Positions 28,073 to 37,563 of a stretch of 64,000 bases of DNA are shown piece after piece (positions within the stretch are counted from its first letter, which is position 1; every line of letters begins with the position of its first letter). The notes beneath the pieces are model-generated. The model had not been told where the DNA came from and did not search any database. It worked only from the letters and a program-made list of their open reading frames with translations. The stretch is from contig MFNL01000004.1 in NCBI GenBank assembly GCA_001782035.1, positions 9,290 through 73,289 on the forward strand, given 5' to 3'. The position numbers and the translations under genes are program-made. The DNA is from Candidatus Levybacteria bacterium RIFCSPHIGHO2_01_FULL_37_17 (GTDB lineage: Bacteria; Patescibacteriota; Microgenomatia; Levybacterales; UBA12049).

Positions 28073-28504
28073 TCAAGAGTTTTTTTGTTCGCGATAGTGA
28101 AGATATGCCAGTATTGCAATACCGGTTGAGGTTGCTGCGGAAAGAAGACAGTATTGGCAGAAAGCGTGCAAAACGAACGCCTGAATTCCTAGTAGAATTG
28201 CCGAAACTATTAGTCCGGTTGCAGCCAATAAATAATAGGCCTGATGAAAAATCTTCTTATAGTTCGTCATTATCAAAAGACACACTAATATAACACTTAA
28301 ATAGAAAAGCGAGCCTAAAAGTGCGGTAGGAATGCCCAAAATAACCGCGTACTGACTTGTTAGTACGGTTTCGCAATTGCCGATTGTGCAAGGAGGAATT
28401 GTATTTCTAAAATGTACTAGGGTTAAGTAAGTTGCATCTAAAAATCCTAAAAATGCAATAATTGCGGAATAAATAATAAACTTATTTTTCAAAGGCATCA
28501 TCAA
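28073..28504 (-). CDS. Vitamin K epoxide reductase family protein
   Basis: C-x4-C loop, 'VLTSQYA', C-terminal CQYC in a TM helix. Confidence 0.92.
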   Translation of the reverse strand: MMMPLKNKFIIYSAIIAFLGFLDATYLTLVHFRNTIPPCTIGNCETVLTSQYAVILGIPTALLGSLFYLSVILVCLLIMTNYKKIFHQAYYLLAATGLIVSAILLGIQAFVLHAFCQYCLLSAATSTGIAILAYLHYREQKNS

Positions 28505-29210
28505 TTAACTTTTTAAAGTCTTCGTAGCTACTTGCAGTGATTCTTGCCCCGTTTAGAAAGAAACTTGGCGTTGAATTAATTCCTGCGGAAATTGCCTGCT
28601 TTTCCGATTCGGAAACAAATTTTTTTGCTTCTTGCGAGTTCATATCTGTAGTAAATTTTTCTGCATTCAACCCCAGTTTTTGAGCGTAATTTACAAAAAT
28701 AGTCTGTGGACTAGGTGACTTTTCCCAATCTGGTTGATTGGTAAATAAAGCATCTGCCATTTCCCAGAATTTTCCCTGAAGGTTTGCTGCGTATCCGGCT
28801 TGGGCTGCAATTTGAGCATTAGGATGGATATTTGTCAAAGGAAAATTTCTGTAAACGTATCTGACATTCGGATACTCGGTAAGAATTTGCTTAACAAGAG
28901 GGTGATATGAAGCGCAGGCCGGGCATTGTAAGTCCGAGTATTCAATTAAACTTACTTTGGAATTCTTATTACCAAGTACAATGTCATATTCGCTACTCAT
29001 TGGAACAGTTTGGCTTGTGTCAATTGAGGAAGTAGGGGATTTATTTACAAAAAGCGCAAGGCCAAAAATTGCAATTCCTACCAAAACTGCAACTGCCCCC
29101 CAAAGCCCGAATTTTTTCATCTGTTCTTTTCGAGCAGCAGCTTCAGCTTCTTTTTGCCACTCGCTTTTCTGTAGTGCTTTCTTTTGTGCCTTAGTTAGTT
29201 TTTCCACCAA
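28482..29210 (-). CDS. dsbA: DsbA-family thiol-disulfide oxidoreductase
   Basis: N-terminal TM, 'EYSDLQCPAC', 'GINSTPSF'; next to VKOR. Confidence 0.9.
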   Translation of the reverse strand: MVEKLTKAQKKALQKSEWQKEAEAAARKEQMKKFGLWGAVAVLVGIAIFGLALFVNKSPTSSIDTSQTVPMSSEYDIVLGNKNSKVSLIEYSDLQCPACASYHPLVKQILTEYPNVRYVYRNFPLTNIHPNAQIAAQAGYAANLQGKFWEMADALFTNQPDWEKSPSPQTIFVNYAQKLGLNAEKFTTDMNSQEAKKFVSESEKQAISAGINSTPSFFLNGARITASSYEDFKKLIDDAFEK

Positions 29211-29278
29211 AATATAATCTCACTTGAGTAAGTTTTTTTCAAGAGGGGAAATTATTTTTTGTGATAAAATACTTGCGA

Positions 29279-29350
29279 GCCCCTATAGCTCAACGGATAG
29301 AGCAAGCCCGTCCTAAGGGCGAGATGATGGTTCAATTCCGTCTAGGGGTA
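29279..29350 (+). tRNA. tRNA-Arg(CCT)
   Basis: Acceptor GCCCCTA/TAGGGGT, anticodon arm GCCC-GTCCTAA-GGGC, TTCAATT T-loop. Confidence 0.93.
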
Positions 29351-29354
29351 CTTG

Positions 29355-29426
29355 CGGGGTGTAGTGAATCGGTATCACGCATCGTTCGGGACGATGAGAC
29401 ACTGGGTTCAATTCCCAGCACCCCGA
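29355..29426 (+). tRNA. tRNA-Pro(CGG)
   Basis: Acceptor CGGGGTG/CACCCCG, anticodon arm CATCG-TTCGGGA-CGATG, CTGGG-TTCAATT-CCCAG T-arm. Confidence 0.94.
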
Positions 29427-29430
29427 CTTA

Positions 29431-30168
29431 ATGAAAAGAAAAGAGGTAATAAAATTTATTGTTCTTCGAACGGCCGGAAATTTTTTGGTGCTTTTTGCAA
29501 TTTATGGAATTCTTGCTACGTTTGGACCGGCTCTTTATTACGAACTCAATTTTAGAATTTTGTCGGCGAGGGGAGTAACTTTTACAGTCGCAGAACCCTC
29601 AGCTGGGGCACAAGAAGAAATACCTGTTCAAGAAAATCAACTTGAGCCAACTCCAACTCCAATTCCCCCGCAAGGCATAGACAGTTTTGCAGATGTTTTG
29701 TTGGGGGCGCGTGAACAGGTTTTGGTGGCTCCAGATACAGACTTTAGCATTGTTATTCCCAAAATCGGCGCTGCGGCAAGAATTTTTCCAAATGTCGACC
29801 CAACAAACGAGCAGGAATACCAAAAAATTCTGCTGCAAGGTGTGGCTCATGCCAGGGGTACAGTTTTCCCCGGACTTTTAGGCAATATTTATCTTTTTGC
29901 CCATTCAACAGACAATTTCTGGGACGTAGGCCGCTATAACGCAGTTTTCTATCTGCTTAAAGATTTGGCAGCAGGGGATGAAATAACGGTTTTTTATCAA
30001 GGAGTAAGACATGATTACATTGTCAGTGAGTCAAAAATAGTTAATCCAAATGACATCTCTCATATTATTGATGCGCAAAAACAGGGAAGCGAAACTCTAA
30101 TTTTGCAAACCTGCTGGCCTCCCGGAACCACATTCCAACGCCTTTTGGTGTTTGCAAAGCCAAAATGA
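29431..30168 (+). CDS. Sortase
   Basis: N-terminal TM, 'GNIYLFAHS', 'LILQTCWP' and downstream Arg (His-Cys-Arg triad). Confidence 0.9.
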   Translation: MKRKEVIKFIVLRTAGNFLVLFAIYGILATFGPALYYELNFRILSARGVTFTVAEPSAGAQEEIPVQENQLEPTPTPIPPQGIDSFADVLLGAREQVLVAPDTDFSIVIPKIGAAARIFPNVDPTNEQEYQKILLQGVAHARGTVFPGLLGNIYLFAHSTDNFWDVGRYNAVFYLLKDLAAGDEITVFYQGVRHDYIVSESKIVNPNDISHIIDAQKQGSETLILQTCWPPGTTFQRLLVFAKPK

Positions 30169-30833
30169 TAAGTTTTAAAAATCAACAAATTCAAGGTTTG
30201 GCTCTAGATATAGATGAAACACTATCTTTTACTGCTGGCTATTGGGTTGAAGAGCTTTCCAAAAATTTTGGAAACCCACAAAAATTATCTGCAAGAGAGA
30301 TATTCTTAAAATACAGACTCATCCAAAAGTATCCGCACTGGCAGACAAAAGAAGCAGAAAAGTGGATGGAAAATGCCCGGAGCTCTAACGAAATACAGAA
30401 AAATCTCCCCTTAATTGCAAACGCAAACAACGCAGTCAATAAATTAAATAAAATTATACCAATCGCTTGTTATTTAACGGTTAGGCCAAAAAATGTAATA
30501 CAAGGGACAAAACGCTGGCTGGAAAAGCATAAATTCCCAAAAGCGGAAATAATCGCAAGACCATCGAGTCTTCCTTATGAGGAAGGTACACGCTGGAAGG
30601 CGAAAATGCTCTTAAAACTGTATCCAAAAGTGTTGGGGATTGTGGATGACAATTCAAGTCTTATTAAATACCTGCCCAAGACGTATAAAGGATTTATATT
30701 TTTATACGATATTCCGCGACAAAAGTTTAACTCAAAAAAAATTATAGCCTGCCCAACGTGGGAAGATGTTTTGAATAAGGCAAAAACTATTTTTACTAAA
30801 AACAATCAATTTAAAACTCAATCCGAGAACTAG
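30165..30833 (+). CDS. HAD-superfamily hydrolase (5'(3')-nucleotidase-like)
   Basis: DIDET motif I, YLTVRP motif II, IVDD motif IV. Confidence 0.75.
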   Translation: MISFKNQQIQGLALDIDETLSFTAGYWVEELSKNFGNPQKLSAREIFLKYRLIQKYPHWQTKEAEKWMENARSSNEIQKNLPLIANANNAVNKLNKIIPIACYLTVRPKNVIQGTKRWLEKHKFPKAEIIARPSSLPYEEGTRWKAKMLLKLYPKVLGIVDDNSSLIKYLPKTYKGFIFLYDIPRQKFNSKKIIACPTWEDVLNKAKTIFTKNNQFKTQSEN

Positions 30834-30880
30834 TTACTTTGTTCTTGACTTTATCCGTGCCTTTGCTATAATCCCTGCTT

Positions 30881-31264
30881 ATGTCAGAGCTAGAAATCTA
30901 TCGAAGAATAAATCACCAACCAGAATCAACAATGATTCATATTTCCGACAAAAACGGTGAGTACGATACGGAGTTAGGAAAATTAAAGGTCAGAGTAACT
31001 AAAGTTGATACCTTGGGACGTCTAAAACAGTTAGTTCTTGAGGCAGACTTTTTAAAAGGTAAGCTAAGAAGGAATTATTGGAAAAGACGAAGAATTAGAA
31101 CCATTGATTTAAGTTCGGGTTATGGGAGGCAGGACATATCTAAACGAGAGACGCTAATTGTTTATCCAGATGGATATCAAAAGGGCATGCCTTCAAGAAG
31201 AGCTTTGCGATTCAGCTCGGGCGAAATTTGGCCTAAAGATCAGGGTAAGCATATAAATACTTGA
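30881..31264 (+). CDS. Hypothetical protein
   Basis: ORF preceded by TTGACT-16-TATAAT, 8 nt before the ATG. Confidence 0.6.
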   Translation: MSELEIYRRINHQPESTMIHISDKNGEYDTELGKLKVRVTKVDTLGRLKQLVLEADFLKGKLRRNYWKRRRIRTIDLSSGYGRQDISKRETLIVYPDGYQKGMPSRRALRFSSGEIWPKDQGKHINT

Positions 31265-31366
31265 AGTTTTCACAGAAAATAAGGTTTTCACCCTCATAAA
31301 CTCCTAAAACTTGACAAGTTTGACTACCTTTGATACACTTTTAGTTTGTTGAAAAGGAGGTAAAAT

Positions 31367-31528
31367 ATGCCAGGAAGAGAACTGGTCAGAGAACTAAGAA
31401 TCTCTTCAGAACTTCAAACTTCCCCTGACAAACCTGCTCAAATGCAGGCTCAGACGGTATTTGAAAATGTTTCAATCCCTAAGTGGATGATTCAAAACAG
31501 AAGAGGAAGAAGAGTTGCTGCAAGATAA
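31367..31528 (+). CDS. Small basic hypothetical protein (53 aa, MPGRELVREL...RRGRRVAAR)
   Basis: Below the ORF-track cutoff. TTGACA-17-TACACT promoter (31311-31339), AAGGAGG RBS, downstream hairpin. Confidence 0.7.
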   Translation: MPGRELVRELRISSELQTSPDKPAQMQAQTVFENVSIPKWMIQNRRGRRVAAR

Positions 31529-31556
31529 TTGACAACTAAGTTGGTTCTGCTATAAT

Positions 31557-31576
31557 TCCCGCGAAAGCGGGATTTT
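31557..31576 (+). terminator. Rho-independent terminator overlapping the next promoter
   Basis: tcccgc-gaaa-gcggga followed by tttt; immediately after TTGACA(31529)-16-TATAAT(31551). Confidence 0.6.
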
Positions 31577-31581
31577 AGTAT

Positions 31582-31773
31582 ATGAGTGAGATTGAGCCAA
31601 GATCAGTTTACGGCAGACAAATTCCAGATGAAAATCAAAGAGAAAGTGCTATGGAAGATAGCTCTCTCAGGTTTGCGCTTTTTAAAACAGGAAGAGAAGT
31701 CAAACGAAAACTAACAAGAAATCCAAAAACTCCACAAAAACCTCTAATTAATGATCACGGGAGAAGCCTTTAA
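31582..31773 (+). CDS. Hypothetical protein
   Basis: 63-aa ORF after a consensus promoter. Confidence 0.5.
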   Translation: MSEIEPRSVYGRQIPDENQRESAMEDSSLRFALFKTGREVKRKLTRNPKTPQKPLINDHGRSL

Positions 31774-32073
31774 ATGGCAGCAGAATTAGGAAAATTGGCT
31801 GAACTAGCACGAAAAGATAGAGATTTTTATTCAAGCTCTCAATTTCTTAATGTAGCGGGTAATTTTTTGCTTGATGATGAACAAATTCCGCTTAGCCTTG
31901 ATCCAATACCGCAACCTGATACATTAATCTCTCTTGCTAAAAGACTTAAAGAGCAGAAATTCGAGCGGGGAGCAAGCTTAATACTAGCTCTAAATAAGTT
32001 TCTTAACGATACCGGAATATTTACAGACGAAAAGCAAGCTGAATTGGTGGCAAAAGCTAAAAAAGCAGCATAA
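31774..32073 (+). CDS. Hypothetical protein
   Basis: 99-aa ORF abutting the previous stop codon. Confidence 0.55.
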   Translation: MAAELGKLAELARKDRDFYSSSQFLNVAGNFLLDDEQIPLSLDPIPQPDTLISLAKRLKEQKFERGASLILALNKFLNDTGIFTDEKQAELVAKAKKAA

Positions 32074-32124
32074 GAATAATAGGTTAGAACTTGACAAATG
32101 AATACAGAAAGCTATAGTAAAAGT

Positions 32125-32619
32125 ATGGCCGAAGAAGGAAAAGATAAACTTCCCTTAGAACCCTTGAACAAACCTGAGTTTCGAGTCCCCGGATTTCCTA
32201 AAAAACCAGCTTCCAAGGATTTATATAGAAACACAACCGTTAAATGGGAAAGAGAAGAAAGAGAGGCTGCCGAAAGAAGACGAGAAGATTTGAGGAGAAT
32301 GCAGGAGAAAGCCGATTTAAGCGAACAAGCTGCTCGTGAAGAAAGACAAAGGGAAAGAGAGCATTTAGACCGTAAACTTAGAGAAAGGGAAGAACGGGAA
32401 GCTCTCAAAAATGTATTACCAAAAGACAAATTAGCCAGAGGCGAGGCGGATCCGCTCAAATTAGGAGATCCAATACCAGAAGGTGTAGTTTTAACCTCAA
32501 GAAGACCATCCAATTCTGAAATCGATGAATTTACAGGGATCAAACGTAGTGGGTCAGTAGAAAGATTCTCACGTAGGCCTCAAGATCCTAATGTTTCTCC
32601 AAAAATCCTCAAAAAGTAG
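32125..32619 (+). CDS. Hypothetical protein with E/R-rich coiled coil
   Basis: Start MAEEGK placed 6 nt after TTGACA-16-TATAGT. Confidence 0.6.
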   Translation: MAEEGKDKLPLEPLNKPEFRVPGFPKKPASKDLYRNTTVKWEREEREAAERRREDLRRMQEKADLSEQAAREERQREREHLDRKLREREEREALKNVLPKDKLARGEADPLKLGDPIPEGVVLTSRRPSNSEIDEFTGIKRSGSVERFSRRPQDPNVSPKILKK

Positions 32620-32656
32620 GAAGCACTAACAAAATACAACAAAGCTTAAGTTCTCA

Positions 32657-33862
32657 CTACTTGAGGCTGATTGTGTAAAGGTTTGGAGTAATTGCCAAAT
32701 TTCCTAAGTTTGTTAAAATAACCAATTTACTAGCTCCTGGCCACGAGAAAACAAAGTTATCCACAAACGGACCCGCATAAACAGTTGTTTGATTTTGTGC
32801 GTCGAATTCCATAATGTCGATTTTCCCATTGTGAACATAAACCAAATGCTTAGAATCCGGGTACCAGCTTAAGGGAAGAGGCGAGCCCAAATCTACTTTA
32901 GGCAAATTGTCCAATACTTTGTAATTTTTGTCCTCTTTTATGTCGTAAACATATACGGCGTCTTTTTCGATATTTCTAGTCTCCGCCGTTGAGTTTGTAC
33001 CTATTAATGGAGGTACTATTAAAGGATCTAGAGTCCCCGAAACAGAGGCAGTGTAGAGTATTTTTGTATCATCGGGTGCCCAGTCTAATACCTTAAAGTA
33101 CTTTGATACAACTTGTCTTACGTTTTTCTTGAGCCCTGCAATTCTTGCATCTTCTTTTTCGCCTCTTAGCTCCTCCCAGGTTGCGTTTAATGTATCTAAG
33201 GTAAGAGTTACATTTACAGGGTTTGTATTTAATGAGTCAGCGGAAAGAAGAAAATTGGCTTCAATTGGGCTCTCAAAGCCTGCTAGAAGCTGTTTACTAT
33301 CCGGTGACCAGCTAAGTTTGGCTTCGGAAAAAAGATTGATGCCAAGCTCATTTGCGATCTGCGTAGAAGCATTTTGAAGCGTTAAAATGGGCCGCAATGT
33401 CATATCGAGTACATATATTCCGTTTCTTTCAGCAGACTGTGATGCAACAGAATAAGCGAGCAGAGTTTTTGATGCGTCAAGTACGGGATTTAAAACTCCA
33501 ATGTTTGTTATGCTTTCAAGCTTTGGAGCAGTTGGAATAAGAAATGCATCTGCCTTGCTTACTACTTCTTTTTTAATTTCTATTTTCTTTTTCCACTCAA
33601 AATAACCGTCCTTGTAAATCCGCACTTCGTACTGCCCTGGGGTTAAATTAATGGTTGTATCTGTAGCAGTTGCAAGCTCTCCGTTTACAAAAACTTGGGC
33701 TCCGTTGGGAGTACTTGTTGCAACTAAAAGTCCCGTTCCTGCGACTCTTGGAGTGCCACCGTCTAGGCCAAATCTATAGCCTCGTCCATAAAGAATTACT
33801 GCTGCAGTAGCAGCAAGAAGAATCGCAATAACCCCAAATGAAATAAGAAGCTGTTTTCGCAT
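32657..33862 (-). CDS. PEGA-domain membrane-anchored protein with beta-propeller (TolB-like) repeats
   Basis: 'GLLVATSTPNGAQVFVNG...LTPGQYEVRIYKDGY', WSPD/WAPD/WYPD blades. Confidence 0.8.
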   Translation of the reverse strand: MRKQLLISFGVIAILLAATAAVILYGRGYRFGLDGGTPRVAGTGLLVATSTPNGAQVFVNGELATATDTTINLTPGQYEVRIYKDGYFEWKKKIEIKKEVVSKADAFLIPTAPKLESITNIGVLNPVLDASKTLLAYSVASQSAERNGIYVLDMTLRPILTLQNASTQIANELGINLFSEAKLSWSPDSKQLLAGFESPIEANFLLSADSLNTNPVNVTLTLDTLNATWEELRGEKEDARIAGLKKNVRQVVSKYFKVLDWAPDDTKILYTASVSGTLDPLIVPPLIGTNSTAETRNIEKDAVYVYDIKEDKNYKVLDNLPKVDLGSPLPLSWYPDSKHLVYVHNGKIDIMEFDAQNQTTVYAGPFVDNFVFSWPGASKLVILTNLGNLAITPNLYTISLK

Positions 33863-34023
33863 AAGTTAGCGCATTATACAACCCTACCTGGCCACTTGCA
33901 AGTTAAGAATTGGGTGTTATAATCCTTGTATCGAAGCTAGAGCATTAAATGATAGAGATGAGTAATAGTCTGATGCTTTTATGGTAAATTTACAATCTAT
34001 TATTTACTATTTACAATTTTACG

Positions 34024-35043
34024 ATGGCATTATCTAAGCGAGTTGGAATTGATTTGGGCACGGCAAACACGCTTGTTTATCTGGCAGGTGAGGGAATTGT
34101 ATTAAATGAGCCAACAGTAGTAGCTGTAACAGCCGAAGAAAACCGAGTTGTTGCAGTTGGAAAAGAAGCAAAAGAAATGCTTGGACGAACCCCAGGAAAT
34201 ATTGTAGCAATGAGACCCCTGAGGGATGGAGTAATTGCAGACTACACAATAACTGAAGCTATGCTCTCTTATTTTATAGATAAAGCGGCGGGCAAATCCT
34301 ACTTTTTTAAACCCGAAGTTATGATTTGTATACCATCTGGCGTAACTCAGGTTGAAAGAAGGGCGGTTTTAGATGCAACAATGGCGGCAGGTGCACGAGT
34401 TGCCTATTTAATTGAAGAGCCTTTGGCAGCAGCAATTGGGGCAAAAGTTCCTATTGCGCAGCCTGCAGGGCATATGATAGTTGATATAGGAGGAGGTTCA
34501 ACAGAGGCTGCAGTTATTTCCCTAGGAGGAGTAGTGGTGCATCATTCGGTAAGAGTGGGAGGAAATAAGATAGATGAGGCAATCTCAGCCTACTGCAAAA
34601 AGAAATTTAATCTTTTGATAGGTGAGCGAACGGCAGAAGAAATAAAAATCCAAATGGGAAACGCATTAGTGGATGAAAAAAAGGTATCAGATCAAAGGAA
34701 AATGGAAATTAGGGGACGTGATGCAATAACTGGCTTACCCAGAACCATTGAATTAAACGAAGGACAAGTAAACGAAGCAATATTGTCTACCTTGATGGAT
34801 ATTATTTCAGCGGTAAAAGGCGTTATGGAGCAGACACCCCCGGAATTGGCAAGTGATATTATTGATAAAGGAGTTATTATGAGTGGTGGGACGTCACTTC
34901 TTACAAACCTTGACAAATTAATGACAAAAGTAACAGGCGTTCCTTGTCATGTCGCGGAAGATGCATTACTTTGTGTTGTAAGGGGAACCGGTGTTGCCCT
35001 TGAAAACATAGAGCTTTATAAAAGAAGCATAGCCAAGAAGTAA
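34024..35043 (+). CDS. mreB: Rod shape-determining protein MreB (paralog 1, stand-alone)
   Basis: GIDLGTANT, EEPLAAAIG, DIGGGSTE, TPPELASDI. Confidence 0.95.
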   Translation: MALSKRVGIDLGTANTLVYLAGEGIVLNEPTVVAVTAEENRVVAVGKEAKEMLGRTPGNIVAMRPLRDGVIADYTITEAMLSYFIDKAAGKSYFFKPEVMICIPSGVTQVERRAVLDATMAAGARVAYLIEEPLAAAIGAKVPIAQPAGHMIVDIGGGSTEAAVISLGGVVVHHSVRVGGNKIDEAISAYCKKKFNLLIGERTAEEIKIQMGNALVDEKKVSDQRKMEIRGRDAITGLPRTIELNEGQVNEAILSTLMDIISAVKGVMEQTPPELASDIIDKGVIMSGGTSLLTNLDKLMTKVTGVPCHVAEDALLCVVRGTGVALENIELYKRSIAKK

Positions 35044-35283
35044 AGATAAGTATCCTATAATGATATTACACCTAAAACCTTACATCTCTAGCTCCATACT
35101 TTCACAAAGTTTTTTCACGAAAGTACAGATTATAGTAAATGGATTGATAAACGGATATAAATCCTTACTCGATGGTAAAGTGGGCAAGGGACAAGGCTAT
35201 TTACTATGAGTATTAAAAATGTTCAAAAATTTCGAAAAGAAGAAAATTATAAAAATACGGTTATATCTTATAGTTAAATTAGC

Positions 35284-35994
35284 ATGTTAAACAAAATAAA
35301 GTTACTGGGAGTTGGTATAACAAAGGCAAGCGAGGAAGATATCTTAGAGTTTATTACTAAAGGTCTAGACAAAATTGGTGAAAAATATTATATCGTGACA
35401 CCAAACCCCGAAATTTTAGTGGTTGCCAACAAAAACTCATATTATAAAAAAGTGTTAAACGGTGCCAAAATAGCCTTACCCGATGGTATAGGGGTGGTCT
35501 GGGGTACTCGGATCATGGGTGAATGGCTTGAAGGGAGAATAACAGGTGTAGACTTCGTGAAAAGTCTGTGTAAACATATATCAAATCGGCCTATAACAGT
35601 AAGCTTTTTAGGGGGTGGCCCTAACGTAGCAGAGCTAACCGCTGAGTGCTTAAAGACCGAAAACAAGGGGTTAAAGGTCGTTTGGGCACAAAAAGAATGG
35701 CAAAATGCTCTAAAATTACAACGTACGGACATACTTTTTGTTGCATTTGGATCTCCAAAGCAGGAAATATGGATAAAAGAGCACTTAAAAGATGTTCCGG
35801 CAAGCGTTGTTATAGGGGTAGGGGGCGCATTTGATTTAATAAGTGGAAAAGTTTCAAGGGCACCAAGTGCGATTAGAGACATGGGATTTGAATGGCTTTA
35901 CCGATTGATCATACAACCTTGGAGAATTAAAAGGCAATTGTCACTTATAACATTTATATATTTAATAGTAAAAGAAAAGATTAAGACTTATTAA
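35284..35994 (+). CDS. WecB/TagA/CpsF family glycosyltransferase
   Basis: VTPNPE, PDGIG, 'FVAFGSPKQE', 'GVGGAFD', 'EWLYRL..QPWR'. Confidence 0.92.
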   Translation: MLNKIKLLGVGITKASEEDILEFITKGLDKIGEKYYIVTPNPEILVVANKNSYYKKVLNGAKIALPDGIGVVWGTRIMGEWLEGRITGVDFVKSLCKHISNRPITVSFLGGGPNVAELTAECLKTENKGLKVVWAQKEWQNALKLQRTDILFVAFGSPKQEIWIKEHLKDVPASVVIGVGGAFDLISGKVSRAPSAIRDMGFEWLYRLIIQPWRIKRQLSLITFIYLIVKEKIKTY

Positions 35995-36624
35995 AAAGCA
36001 AATATCATTTTCACAAACGTTAAAACAAAAAAATATAAAACTCTTCGATTTAAAATTTCTTCGCAATTTACAAATTTAAAGAAAAGAAAGGGAAATTGAG
36101 CGCCAATAAAGTTGAAATACTATGATGTATTTAGGTAGCTTTAATAACATTAATATATAAATAGTTTATTATATTGAGGCTAATTTTAAAATAAGACCTA
36201 TAATAGTGCATTTAAAATTTGTTTAAAACTAGAATAAAAATCGAAATAGCAATTAATTAGAGGCTGTGAAGGATATTTACCGATTATTTACCGAATATTT
36301 AGTTTCGAACTTAATTTTATGAATATATCTACATTTTCACGTTGTTTTTAATATGCATTGCAATTTTAGTCTAAGTTGTTTAGAAGGAAAGTTTAAATAG
36401 GTGATTTTGCCAAATATGCTGATAAATAAATCTAATCGTCCTATTTAACTACGTAGCACTTTAATTTACTATTTGCTAAAATAGCTTTAAAATTACTTTA
36501 TTTTGCCTCAGTTTGATCATATTTTGCATTGCAGGGATTCAATTCACCTATTTCGATTATATTTCGTATTTTGATATCTATCTTTGTGCTTGCTTTTTTC
36601 ATTGAAATAATTTTGAATAAGTAT

Positions 36625-37485
36625 ATGGACTATAAATTGATAGAGGACGAAGGAGGGCGCTGGACAATACTCGCTCCTAAAAGGGCAAAGAGGCCAAATG
36701 AGGCGACCGGCACAGAACCGACTTGTCCCTTTTGCGTTGGGATGGTTGAGGGACGAGAAGAAGTTTTTAGAATTGGAAATAAAGACGCCTGGAGAGTAAT
36801 TGTAGTTAAAAATTCTTTTCCCTTTGCGCCAATCCATGAAGTAATAGTGCATTCTCCCGATCACCACAAAAGTTTTGATGAGCTTCCAATAAATCAGTCG
36901 GAAGAAATTTTAAAAGCATATAGAGAGCGTTTTAATACTCATAAGGATCAAGGAGCTGTAATTATTTTTAATAATCATGGCGAGCCCTCGGGAGAATCGC
37001 TTCCGCACCCTCACAGTCAGCTTGTGGTGCTTCCAGCAAATCTGAAACTGAATCTTGCACATCATGAGATTTCAAAAGGCAGCAAAACCAAAGAAACCCC
37101 GTACTTTAGCATATTTGCGCCAACAGAAAGTCAGTGGCCGGATGAGGTGTGGTTTTATCCAAAAGAACGCAATAAATTGTTTGGTGAAATTTCAGATGGG
37201 CAAATTCGTGATTTGGCAAAAAACCTTTATAGGCTAATCCAGATTATGGATCTGCGGCATGGACATGAATTTCCATATAACTTTATTATTTATCCGTATA
37301 AAGATTGGTATTTAAGACTTGTGCCAAGATATAAAATAATTGGGGGCTTTGAAGTTGGAACTGGTGTTTTTGTAAACACACAAGACCCAAAAGAAACTAT
37401 AGAATTTATCATCGAGCACTTTGACGCTCCGGATGAGCAGAAAATCAAATCGGCTCACAAAGCCTCTTACAGAAGGGGAGTATAA
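36625..37485 (+). CDS. galT: Galactose-1-phosphate uridylyltransferase-like protein
   Basis: 'APKRAKRP', CPFC, 'HEVIVHSPDH', 'GESLPHPHSQ'; start moved to MDYKL. Confidence 0.8.
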   Translation: MDYKLIEDEGGRWTILAPKRAKRPNEATGTEPTCPFCVGMVEGREEVFRIGNKDAWRVIVVKNSFPFAPIHEVIVHSPDHHKSFDELPINQSEEILKAYRERFNTHKDQGAVIIFNNHGEPSGESLPHPHSQLVVLPANLKLNLAHHEISKGSKTKETPYFSIFAPTESQWPDEVWFYPKERNKLFGEISDGQIRDLAKNLYRLIQIMDLRHGHEFPYNFIIYPYKDWYLRLVPRYKIIGGFEVGTGVFVNTQDPKETIEFIIEHFDAPDEQKIKSAHKASYRRGV

Positions 37486-37563
37486 AATACCTCTTGACAA
37501 GTACTGTTATACTTAGTTATATTGTAGATAATTAATGATCATATTGATTATTAAAAGAGCAGT

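Noticed and set aside
29352-29555. 67-aa ORF in the track
   Set aside because: Overlaps tRNA-Pro and the sortase gene.
32757-32765. Perfect DnaA box TTATCCACA
   Set aside because: Single copy inside a coding sequence with no cluster; expected by chance.
35050-35077. dif-like site (gtatcctataa tgatat tacacctaaaa)
   Set aside because: The left arm resembles a Firmicute XerC arm, but the right arm does not match TTATGTTAAAT/TTATGTAAACT.
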